A stretch of 64,000 nucleotides of DNA from Barthelona sp. PAP020 (lineage: Eukaryota), in contig JARQWU010000029.1 in NCBI GenBank assembly GCA_040182905.1, positions 1 through 64,000 on the forward strand. Reading direction: 5' to 3'. A program made the translations under genes and the position numbers. Shown piece after piece: positions 21,201-28,655 of this stretch. Every line of letters begins with the position of its first letter. The stretch's first letter is position 1. The notes beneath the pieces were generated by a model. It saw nothing but the letters and a program-made list of their open reading frames with translations, had not been told where the DNA came from and made no database searches.

Positions 21201-24200
21201 CAAATCATTTTCAGTAAATTGATTGTTTCCAAGATCTTTTGCTCGAACCATCATTTCTAACAATTCTTTAAAACAACGATATGCTCCAGTAGCAATGGCT
21301 AAATGTAAACAATTTGCAGTTTCTTTGTTGGTTTCAGTATCTTTATTATAATTACTGACATTATTTGTAAGATTTGGAAATGTTTCAAATGAATGCAACA
21401 TGATAGGTTGATCTCCTCTAATAACTAATTCAAATGGATGTTCAGAATTATTTTGTACCATAGGAATAGCTTTATTCACATTCTCGATCAAAACAGCAAA
21501 CATATGTGGTCTAGCAAAGCGAATGGCATAATGAATAGGTAAATAACCATTTGTATCAAATTCAACAGTACCAGTAACATATTTAGCATTTAATAAATTG
21601 AATGCTAGACCACTTTTATGTTCAATAGCTAAACTTACTGGTAATCTATTTTGTTTATCACTTACCAAAGTCCAAGGTTGACGAATTCCTTGATTCCCTG
21701 GGATGCTTAACCCTAGTTTCTTTTGAGTTTTTAAATACATCAGGCACAAATGACTGTTATATTGAGCTGCTACATGAATCAGGGTTCGACCATCTTCTAA
21801 TTTACTACAAAGCTTATCATCATCGAAATTTTTAACTAATTCTTCAAAAATTTGGGAATGGTCATGTTTCAATGCAATTGCATGAGGGGGTAAACCTTCA
21901 CCATCAGGTAAATCGGTTGAACGTTGTCTACAAAACAAAAGAAAAACATCAAAATTACCGGATTCAATCGCTAAATGGTAAGGGTGTTTTTTAAACATGT
22001 TATCAGTGTTCAACAAATGCCTAAATTGAATAAATTCAGTAACAATTGCTAAATTACCTAATTTAGCCCCAATATGTAAAACAGTATAACCTCGATAATC
22101 GAAATATGTTGCTATTCTATCTCTACTAAAAGAAAAATGGGTCTTAAATTGTTCAAATCTATCACAAGGCTTATTTACACTATTATTTAACAAGGAAACA
22201 ATTAAACAATTGTGTTTATCCTTGTTATCTTTTTCTAACAGTTCAAGTGCTTTATTGGTACTCCAGGAGTCTAAAATATTAGTAAGATAATCCAAAATCA
22301 TTTCAAAATCATCATTATCAGGTATTTCTTTTCGCTTTGCCAGATAATGAAAAATTGTCTCATTTCGATAGTCTTGATGAAATAATTGATCTTCTAAATG
22401 ATTCTGATTGTTTAATTCAATCAAAATTGCTAAAACAACCTTATCCATCTTTTGTTTAATAGCAATCATCAAAGGTGACCTTTTCAAACTGTCACATTGA
22501 ACCAAAATATTTTCAACTTGAAAAAATACCGTTAATTGGGGTGGATTTATTCTGTTTTTTAGATATAGCATCAATATACTATTACCATAATGTGAATCAA
22601 TGAAATTATATGGCAATAATTTGGTCAATAATTCAATTGTTCTGTTTTCAACATCCCATAATTGATGTTTTCCTATCAATTCATAAATTCCTTGATAATT
22701 AAGTCTACCCTTGGTAATCATCTTAACAATTTCATATTCACCATTTCTGATTGCAGTTTTCAAAGGAGTTTTCCCCAATTTATTTGGAACAGATTTTTCA
22801 ATACCGTATTTCATCAATAAATCACAAATAGCAATATTACCACAAACACAAGCTAAATGAAAAGGAGTGAAACCAAATTCATCCACTTCATTGATAATTG
22901 AAGAATCAATTTGCATGATTTCATTGAGTAGATGAAATTTATCGAATATTACACAATAATGCGCAATATTTCTGCCCATTTCAGTGGTTAATCTGAAATT
23001 AATATCTGGATATTGTTTGAAAAAATTCTTAAATTTTCCTTCATAATTCAACATCGATAATATTCCTTCATGTTCAGTGTTAATGCTCTTTATCATAGAA
23101 TTAAAAGTTTCAGTGTTTTGAAAACAAAATTCTAAAGTGGTTGTTAAGGGTTTTTGAACTTGAATACTCAAATGGTGCATCAAGAGTCGATTGGTTTTGA
23201 CAACCACTTCTGAAATAATACTGGGCAATTCATTTGTTGAAGCGATGATTTCTGTGTTAGATTCTCCTCCACCATAAGGTAATAATTTAGGAGTAATTCC
23301 AGTTTTTGTCTGTTTAAAACAAATCAAAAATGTTTGAAACTTGGAGAACTTTGATAAATATTCAACACAGTAATGTATTTTATTAATGAAATCTAACACT
23401 TGGATACTATCGATACAACGACTCAATAAAACATTCAGATCTTTGGAATCACTCAAATTTTCCAGTAAACCATCAATATTTTCTATAATTAATCCAAAGT
23501 ATATCATATTGGGTTTATCAGGGGTCTCGCGTTGCAAACAAATACCAACAGGATCAATCAACTCAGGATGTTTAATTAGTAACAATAAAATAGAATCCCA
23601 CATGAATTGACTACGAACTTCCATCAATAACGGAGAAACCAGAATATACAGTTTCTCTTGATATGTGATTGACTTAAATGTGAATTCAGTATTTTCAAAA
23701 AGAACTTTATTGATGGTAATATCACTTCTATCAATATTTGGAACGGAAGGTAAAACTTTATCTCTGACAAATTCAAACATATTTGCTTCTTTTAAATGAG
23801 TTCTTGAATGAAAACTCCAAAAATCTTCAAACTCTTTAGAAGGATATTGGATTGTACTATCTGACATCTTTTGAGCAAGATCAAAATCAATATCTTCAAT
23901 TTTTTCAATGCATGCGCAGCTAACAAAAACACTTTTGACATCATCTTTAAGATACGGTAAGTTGCTAAACTCAATATACTTCTCAGATTTTATTTGAAGA
24001 GAATACCCATGAATCCATTGATAAAATAATCCAATAGAACCAATGGATAAATTCTTTACCAAACAAGGTTCTATTTGAGGAATAAACTTATTATGGTCAA
24101 AAGGAAAAAGATCATACAAAAATGCAGGCAAATTCTTAATCTCCATCCCAATTGGCATGATAATTGATTTTTCTTGTTTTCTTGAAGAAAATGCCAGAAG

Positions 24201-25643
24201 TGTATTTGGGGAAACAATTAAAGAATGGTTCTTTTTTGTTTGATATTCTTTTATAAATTTAATAAACATTGGTAAAAGGGCTTGTCTATTTTCAATACCT
24301 AATATCTCAAATGCGTTCTTTTCATCTTCTAGTACACTAATTCGGTCATAATATTCTCCAAAAAAATGGATATTTTCACCAATTTTTTCTTGTTGAAATG
24401 CTTTTATACTGTTATTCCCTAGAAACATTTCAATGCAGAATAAAGGATTCTTAGGGATGCGTAAACAATATCTTATTGAGTTAACTACACAGTTAAAATA
24501 TAACGATAGTGAAGTTTGAAACAAAAAATCACTGTGATACGTCGGAAAATCTAACATGGTTCGAAAGCCTACAGTGTCAACATAATTTGTAATGTCTAAG
24601 GTGTGAGATATGTGTACTTTGGTCAAATTATCAGGAACTCTAACAATCACCTGAACAAAATGGCTTCTTAGCTCACATAAAGTCTTAATCAAGGAACTAA
24701 TTTCAACATGAACATCAGCATCTCCATCATAGAAGATGGTCATCACATTTCTACCTAACAATCTACCGTATTCAACAAACTCCTTCAGATTATCCCGAGT
24801 AAAATCATCAACTCTGAAAGAAAACAGTCCATCATCATCTAAAATTGCAACATGAGGTGGAGCAGCAATCCTATAAACACAATTTCTTGACGGTGGAATC
24901 TTTGAATCAATGTTAGCTAAAACCTCGTTACTTCGTCCTAATATCAACGATACATAAGGGGCTATAGGTATATCCAGAGGATTCTTAATGTTTTCCTTGA
25001 AATATCTGGAATTTTTTGCCAAATCAAAAGTAAAAGTGTTATTAAAAAAGAAATTTTGCTTTTTAATCAAAGGATTAGCTTTCCAAACCAAATGACTGGC
25101 TTTTGAAGCCCAAACAAATTGAAAAACTTGCAAAAAATCTTTGAAATTATTTAAAAAATAGTGTGTCTTTATTTGTCTAAAAATTGTCATAATATTGTTC
25201 AAACTATCTATCAGACTGAAAGTTTCAATCTTTTCTGTCACATTGGTGACTAAAATTAATGACTTATCAGGAAATTCTTGCTCAATAGTTTTTGAAACTT
25301 CATACAATCTTTCAAAACCTTTACAATCTTCACAAATAAAAATTAAAGGATATTTTGAATTTAAAATTTGGTGAAAATTTAAATATAACTCATCAATAGA
25401 ATAAAAATTTACCTCAGTCATCGATATAAAATTGTTAAAACCAGTTTTACTCAATCGATTTTTCATTTCTTTATCAACAATTTCAGGTAATCTCTTAAAC
25501 ATTTTCGATAAATTTGTTATAAAATCATATTTAGAAGAAAAACCCAACGATTCATAGACTAAATTCATTTGTCCACAACTAATTATATTCAATTTCACAA
25601 AATTCTTTTCATTTGAATCGTTTTTTCCATGTTTCTTAAACAT
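12249..25643 (-). CDS. Giant (4464 aa) ankyrin-repeat and pseudokinase protein, possibly with a TIR-like/STAND-like N-terminus
   Basis: Single 13.4-kb ORF. Many ANK repeats (GFTPFHLACVCGNIAICDLLMKYG; GRNALHLAALSGN). Kinase-fold segment at ~19270-19900 (YLH, LCDFN, YIAPE, VFSFG, QRITM). Confidence 0.85.
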   Translation of the reverse strand: MFKKHGKNDSNEKNFVKLNIISCGQMNLVYESLGFSSKYDFITNLSKMFKRLPEIVDKEMKNRLSKTGFNNFISMTEVNFYSIDELYLNFHQILNSKYPLIFICEDCKGFERLYEVSKTIEQEFPDKSLILVTNVTEKIETFSLIDSLNNIMTIFRQIKTHYFLNNFKDFLQVFQFVWASKASHLVWKANPLIKKQNFFFNNTFTFDLAKNSRYFKENIKNPLDIPIAPYVSLILGRSNEVLANIDSKIPPSRNCVYRIAAPPHVAILDDDGLFSFRVDDFTRDNLKEFVEYGRLLGRNVMTIFYDGDADVHVEISSLIKTLCELRSHFVQVIVRVPDNLTKVHISHTLDITNYVDTVGFRTMLDFPTYHSDFLFQTSLSLYFNCVVNSIRYCLRIPKNPLFCIEMFLGNNSIKAFQQEKIGENIHFFGEYYDRISVLEDEKNAFEILGIENRQALLPMFIKFIKEYQTKKNHSLIVSPNTLLAFSSRKQEKSIIMPIGMEIKNLPAFLYDLFPFDHNKFIPQIEPCLVKNLSIGSIGLFYQWIHGYSLQIKSEKYIEFSNLPYLKDDVKSVFVSCACIEKIEDIDFDLAQKMSDSTIQYPSKEFEDFWSFHSRTHLKEANMFEFVRDKVLPSVPNIDRSDITINKVLFENTEFTFKSITYQEKLYILVSPLLMEVRSQFMWDSILLLLIKHPELIDPVGICLQRETPDKPNMIYFGLIIENIDGLLENLSDSKDLNVLLSRCIDSIQVLDFINKIHYCVEYLSKFSKFQTFLICFKQTKTGITPKLLPYGGGESNTEIIASTNELPSIISEVVVKTNRLLMHHLSIQVQKPLTTTLEFCFQNTETFNSMIKSINTEHEGILSMLNYEGKFKNFFKQYPDINFRLTTEMGRNIAHYCVIFDKFHLLNEIMQIDSSIINEVDEFGFTPFHLACVCGNIAICDLLMKYGIEKSVPNKLGKTPLKTAIRNGEYEIVKMITKGRLNYQGIYELIGKHQLWDVENRTIELLTKLLPYNFIDSHYGNSILMLYLKNRINPPQLTVFFQVENILVQCDSLKRSPLMIAIKQKMDKVVLAILIELNNQNHLEDQLFHQDYRNETIFHYLAKRKEIPDNDDFEMILDYLTNILDSWSTNKALELLEKDNKDKHNCLIVSLLNNSVNKPCDRFEQFKTHFSFSRDRIATYFDYRGYTVLHIGAKLGNLAIVTEFIQFRHLLNTDNMFKKHPYHLAIESGNFDVFLLFCRQRSTDLPDGEGLPPHAIALKHDHSQIFEELVKNFDDDKLCSKLEDGRTLIHVAAQYNSHLCLMYLKTQKKLGLSIPGNQGIRQPWTLVSDKQNRLPVSLAIEHKSGLAFNLLNAKYVTGTVEFDTNGYLPIHYAIRFARPHMFAVLIENVNKAIPMVQNNSEHPFELVIRGDQPIMLHSFETFPNLTNNVSNYNKDTETNKETANCLHLAIATGAYRCFKELLEMMVRAKDLGNNQFTENDLKEAWMQKDQLGRTPFILIFAVRSAILANFENHTDKNALINLLINNENILSEFKHFLVSEKDMYLPLFGVIDTYQMSAFSYVINSNDTTGLRYLYDIYKLLSMRRPDILPLDKFSMLTVHMDEETDLPFSMTQLASSQSNEKQKKNGNGSSNLRKVSSLFHSIFYQNETLSRILIDFGSNISVNIHGRPLLHYLILNRANINSIKLLFKLGGDPFSVNQNNETFLFCLSQSNYPLENWSLIHEILVEHPKLLDVVNKDGYSAIDFALSNESYWSVVLNNYKIIHNKHVDSLPIEVISSSNSYSYGLFNNLKNEWSGLLLTTVDDKESTKDSTIPMPLTINTVKQEYDVKIDHHTHSSSSPGSPGSPIPYSPIIQETNEKNEKKVLLPPLPPMSRPLTERTESFSTLYFNYQFINKILRQNIKRIVKNLIEERQVNLLLATKAFSHKNILNHNNHGEFNLISLNKAFLNLDSKNEIRFNFNFNTKLEILLEIANTVCYLHTKNITLPLLSPSLIILNDKNDKQKLSPYLCDFNINVYNVPYVISSLFTEDIRYIAPEIFIEQLNGTFSNVFSFGLMIYLMFMNKWPYDHLNRISIYSTWRLNPKTMFLDLNCINNKGLRTLISKCIEYDYKQRITMNEVCYRLKQLIFDDFYSNHDVFANEKVVLENVNSEIIPYTFNEEVMIVLEILEVKNDEDNLVLCLSLKDYIFINILKHVYKYKINNEYIVIEKCISLAKYGNILKEKQMKIGCIEFLTYILSLLHYFDYLIVHNIEFISSFDVTKDILVLLNQNNQFLDVDLIYIPRRTSINNNMVSDNHKKIGIEEVVIDLIQHLLTRIPHHTSMIFNNIIVRLFELKQKFKSFENTAKNSLDFIFQCQIIISSYISNYQKENEKNNILTNSIEDIVGFDIKIKDVKDIVQDNIQFVKILHLAVKYRSFIVFYDLISSIINIEEKTIVKSELETDSNIFTLNIEDELSLLKEIIAINDVTFLSKFLRHCKGHDLEGVFYHCILQEKFQLFEKLNVHLTELTEKINIELIYVGKCTIFNFLYAFQKDYFVEVMKNVVLSDLFTVVDDQYAQLIIDFSLSHRRLHHLLTIDLILDKLPYLIHNDDKYVRKIVKMFDPLKNVSNRDEFVLNCIKLEKPVYLKSIRTFVLYVLPSIVFNPMNSYTKPIFIEIIQTHCLKEKEVLGIAAFFDQNLQNEFGRDLPRELFAVTKEATNGVWLLMLLRYFVNVNSKELIDIMLSLDIKALLTMIQCTKAMDYIYEDGGLLNLLISNEQFDLATSLMKHASELFQEEENDIVGSTVYIASASPSLSPGISPGISPGLSPSPLTEELLNLNLDEDEKVEIENMEEEEKNLLEFKSSIVVDDELVVVDSAYSLDLMPSPSFGPDFNPIFNFDFELSDDEDNKSIEKVPSHEHSSDLFMNIESAKNNDNTEMMNETKFDDASPGHSLQEVKQMYEIITHHEDDEDDECHDAIKEQKSRITLAEKYANATFNELTPIQRLALYPDTNRVMPLFYELLKTTDLTFAEPDSIFHIIARNMNEATEEYSPTTLLKTLSSRVTPKMLLQKNNENFTCIELCPNDHLYEFMNAFVENINIDVIAVLFNPSQFFDEEYEMKIQNIKSQNELIQPEYTTIGKLLNLYNGINAFSKDSMLNWMHLDSPFGHLFHIICSDPREPLSEELKQEQLSKFNKGLITENEYWSWGKANLNCLCEQFIFMCKRIKSIQNTQWEVADEGWNRKYYQSIAREKVNFDGYTVTQLACMRGEIFIQFLDVYIVDTVWTRCYDVNYEGYGFVLHKSNLTVEMFEKFIKPKRRPIAFTNINLNNETVMHRFLDPQNPNLTWAKMTLDVWEKEEKLDLLFQSSNTNAKGENGGKYPLEMVLGVDEEFFNDCYNRLIEKKGKQFVVEGLLNLSNVKIFEYLIEKEKFVFTKNHLQFTLNPDLLKFIFAFLNKDEIISGLFIEKNPRTHRCLITEMLVQEVDNKKIIDMVDWDSLYIPEEFLIDEDAQKKSAWYYILSRIQIDMNETSDYAELIHENELLFKLFKLSSEHVNTFKKTLDRLVLDFARMDSVKPIQLIFCALSELLDEDVHSIISNRYVELFLKENSIEICEWCLNFNISESDIIRFGNPIAIEKLLFNDNHIDTERLMSFLNISLDLNKAGVVKKLLNQVHKTEVVLEDYEDVIENLFFRGENNLDIYNCTLEVIKSMLNCSNIKLLFKLSLKYGYFKCLDSIINLTTTNALWLDFFRNIMDKLKDIDDELLKDFERTIINLLKHVNIAEEYIFVQYLKSIFEVMEKIIPTQSNDYFDGIDGIFLGLKGEIFVSILQLILDKFDSISSNVLETFYKFLNVENIANTLLDYLGKATHNLNEILPSTIIALSAHLIYFADLFKKFINLISNVPKTIETINSILEQTLNEDLEEEKQIDLRRYTLKRLLHHEQSTSASVNVNDAIMLTVINSLDNDNVDENEINVAIMRLSDYYIDVSSKVLNNFENIILNNTSVSQDTHADLEQKQTNIEHYLHECCFNKIWINDAKKNERLGEYTIFYSIIDLFLNCLFLSTINEKLALREATLLYIAGRIDDFNILLKPLWSFELKLALLSGKRVYIDKAQFLQSNYQKNTFESIRTCYDDCFKKQFFNLLAFLESSSLSPVLLWTSFVFEKAIKSIKACEEVQIIKEHLKHLSISLTLVQKHQLIVEAIHTKRIEVVKLLVDSGISASEHPIDAICPFAHAMGLRYNKGSYPRIYLDGSYVVSSDICELLLKFDVELTNIITTDGDSVYKDHTLVDLAKKFNIRPVLRIISESNNQCTILHPSNMKTLIIQRNFDLIDHIIENRDVTFDFNVELLNVAIEYWDIENVEVSRLIRKIKGTISIMDHEIYNLFVRTIRNQCYSHLEKLCVVFTNEIKRLKKQPITTAVHLNDLIAVSVLTKFSDLNKTDDNGRNALHLAALSGNNQIYNLLLMDFAGAMTVADVFGKIPSEYKKA

Positions 25644-25865
25644 TTAGTGGTATAAATATCAAATAATATTAATTTTAAAGTGTTGTGAACCCTAAAAAAA
25701 TCAATGAAATGACTTTGTGGATTTTTTTTTCCTTTGTCAAACTCCAATGAAGTCATTTTATTTGATTCTGTAAATTTATTTTCTATGTCAGGTAATTTTA
25801 TAATTTATTCATTTTTATATGAATAATTAAATTATAACCAACCAACAAAAATCTCATTACAAATT

Positions 25866-27002
25866 TTATAAAATAGGTGTCAATTCAACTTCTAAATTGA
25901 TGTAACCAGTGTGATCCAATTCTTCAACATCAAACAATTGGACCATTATTGTTTCTTTCCCTTGACCATTCAATAAACAATCCAACTTGAAATTCCCTTC
26001 GCCCAATATCATTCCTTGTTGATTTTCTGATTGATATATGTATCTTTTAAGTCTAATGATTATCGAAACATCGTTATTGTTATCCATCAAGCGATTCAAA
26101 CATGATCTTTCACAAAATGAAATTGGTACCTCTATTTTTGATTGATTAATCTTTATTTTATATGGATTTCGAACATCATGCTGTATGAATGGTGTGTGAA
26201 ACCATCTTTCAAAGAATGGCAAAAAAAACTCCACTCGATATATAAATACATCAGATACACAGCAAGCTGAAGATTCTGGAAGCCTGATAGCAAGAAATTT
26301 CAAAGTCAATGTGGAAATTGTTTCAATCTTCAGGTTTTTTAATTTTGTGGTCTTCTTCTTTTGTTTTGTTGACTGGATCTTTTTATCCAACTTTATTGAG
26401 CATATCATGGGATGCTGAAGAAAATGAGCAATATCTTTCGGCAAGCAACAACCATAAAAACCCTCTGGGTTCCAATCATTTCCTTTCCAATCCAATTTCA
26501 TAATAGTATGTGGTACAAGTGATTGTGGAAGCAATGATTCAATCAAATGAGAAATGCGAAGTGAGGTATGCAGCAAATTAGTACTGCTATTTTCAAAAAA
26601 AATTTCAATATTCTCTTGAAAATTTATATGATGCAAAGTGATTGGAAATACTACGTTTAATTGAGGAGAAAACTCAATTTTACTATTCTCATACATATAT
26701 ACTGGATTTTGTTTGACACTCTTTACTTGAAATCCACTTTCATCAACAATATTTACAGTTATATCCTTATTAATATACAAATCATTGGAAATTTTAATTG
26801 AATTCAGAGAAAAAATGAAATAACAACATATTATCCTGTTAGCTTCATTTATCAATTGTGTATTTGATTTACTTACAGATTGAATTAAATTAATATCAGT
26901 GATATTATTAAGATTTTGAACATTATCATTCATTAAAAAAAAATCATCATTGAAAAAGATGTTTTCATTAAAATAGCCAGGATATAATATTGTCTTTTTC
27001 AT
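25866..27002 (-). CDS. C2-domain-like protein, possibly a nephrocystin-4 (NPHP4)-like transition-zone protein
   Basis: C2-like strand pattern (TLTLKFLAIR, YRVEFF, MILGEGNFKLDCLL, TGYINLEVEL). The family assignment is by eye only. Confidence 0.45.
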   Translation of the reverse strand: MKKTILYPGYFNENIFFNDDFFLMNDNVQNLNNITDINLIQSVSKSNTQLINEANRIICCYFIFSLNSIKISNDLYINKDITVNIVDESGFQVKSVKQNPVYMYENSKIEFSPQLNVVFPITLHHINFQENIEIFFENSSTNLLHTSLRISHLIESLLPQSLVPHTIMKLDWKGNDWNPEGFYGCCLPKDIAHFLQHPMICSIKLDKKIQSTKQKKKTTKLKNLKIETISTLTLKFLAIRLPESSACCVSDVFIYRVEFFLPFFERWFHTPFIQHDVRNPYKIKINQSKIEVPISFCERSCLNRLMDNNNDVSIIIRLKRYIYQSENQQGMILGEGNFKLDCLLNGQGKETIMVQLFDVEELDHTGYINLEVELTPIL

Positions 27003-27230
27003 CAAATAATCATTATTACAATATTATTGGTTGCTTAACCTAAGAAAAAATCATTGAATCACTTTACAAATTTGGCATTCATTATTTCATTCACTCTTAT
27101 AGATACCCTTTATCCCTAATAATTGGAAAAATCTTTCATCTTTAATCATTTTAAAAGAAAGAAACGAAAAATTGTTTGAAAAAATGAACAAAAATTGTGT
27201 CAAACAAAATAACAAACCGAAAAAATTTTT

Positions 27231-28295
27231 TTATTTGGTCGAACCGATAATAAAAGAACCAACTAAAATGACAAACATACCCACGAATACTATCAAAATG
27301 TTTTTAAGTCCTTTAATTTCTTTAAACACGTAAATTCCCAATAGATTGCAAACAACAATGCTCAAATTCATAAATGGACCACCAATAGACATTCCTAAAT
27401 CAGAATATTCTGGATTAAATACAAACTGACTGCAAAAATATGCAACACCCCATTGAACGCCACATAAAACAAACCAAATAATGTGTCTTGATTCACATTT
27501 CACATCCCGGTGCAAAATAAAAGCAACAAATAAATAGATACCGGAGGCAACAATAATATTGAAAAAGCCAAACGTTGAAACAAAACTGAATACATTCTTG
27601 GCATACATGGAAGGAATAAATATGGTGGTATTGGAGAATACAAAAATTAACAATGCTAAATAACCTTTCTTTTTATTAGGAACAAATATTTTGCTACTAT
27701 CTTCCAAATTTGCAACATTTTCTGCCAAATCAGGAGTATCAATCCTTTCATCGGCAATTGTAACTGTAGGAGAAAGCTCAAAATCACCTTTTTCAGGAGA
27801 TGAACAACTGGAATGTGGGTCTCCTGATATATTATCAGAGTTAGAATTCATCGTTGTTTCAACAAATGCAAAAGAAAATGTACCAAAACAACATACAGTC
27901 ACACCCAAAAATAATACCCATATAGGCTTGACTAATGGTTCTTTACTTATTCTTCCGAATATAAAAGTGAGAATAATTCCCAAACCCGACCATAAAGAGA
28001 CTCCAAGAGACATTCCTAGATTTTGCACAACAACTACCGCTAAAAGATCCTGAACTTGAAATAATATCACGGAAATTAAAGCCAAAGGCTCAAATATTCC
28101 AACTAAAGAAAATTGAGCTGTGGAACAATATTCTAACAAACCAAAGGGTACTATTATTAAAGCTCCTATGCATAAATAAAAGTGAATAACAATCGATGAT
28201 ACGTTTCTACCCTTATAATATACAGGTAACGCACCAAAAGATAAAACAGCAATGATAGCTGCTGGATAACCTCCTAAAAATGAAGAAAAAACCAT
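27231..28295 (-). CDS. TMEM144: TMEM144-like drug/metabolite transporter superfamily protein (~10 TM)
   Basis: Two 5-TM halves separated by a hydrophilic loop. Motifs LGMSLGVSLWSG and C-terminal LLGIYVFKEIKGLKN resemble TMEM144. Confidence 0.7.
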   Translation of the reverse strand: MVFSSFLGGYPAAIIAVLSFGALPVYYKGRNVSSIVIHFYLCIGALIIVPFGLLEYCSTAQFSLVGIFEPLALISVILFQVQDLLAVVVVQNLGMSLGVSLWSGLGIILTFIFGRISKEPLVKPIWVLFLGVTVCCFGTFSFAFVETTMNSNSDNISGDPHSSCSSPEKGDFELSPTVTIADERIDTPDLAENVANLEDSSKIFVPNKKKGYLALLIFVFSNTTIFIPSMYAKNVFSFVSTFGFFNIIVASGIYLFVAFILHRDVKCESRHIIWFVLCGVQWGVAYFCSQFVFNPEYSDLGMSIGGPFMNLSIVVCNLLGIYVFKEIKGLKNILIVFVGMFVILVGSFIIGSTK

Positions 28296-28655
28296 TGATA
28301 AAAGGAATGACTATTCAAAAAGACTACAAAAAAAAAAAGGAAATGAAAAGAACAAACCAATCAATATTAATTACAAATAAAGTCAAGGAGATTGGCAATT
28401 AATCATAGCATTTTTCCAATGTTATCAAAATCAATCAGTCATTCAAATTAACTGTAAAATAAACAATGAATAAAAACAATATAAAATCAAACCAAAACCA
28501 AAGAAATCTTTTTTTTTATCCACATAATGATGTCAAAAATATCACTTTATTTTCAATAACAAAAATAAAAATAAAATCCTTTCGATTCAAAATAAGGAAA
28601 AAAAATAGACCAAGATTTTTTTTTGGCTTAAAAGACTTGAAATTTATTTATTGTA

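Noticed and set aside
25596..25757. Short minus-strand upstream ORF overlapping the start of the giant ANK gene out of frame
   Set aside because: About 50 codons with no motif. The main frame has a stop immediately before its ATG, and there is no convincing frameshift signal.
27040..27067. Candidate 28-nt GT-AG intron upstream of the C2-like gene
   Set aside because: No splice combination tried gives an in-frame extension of the CDS.
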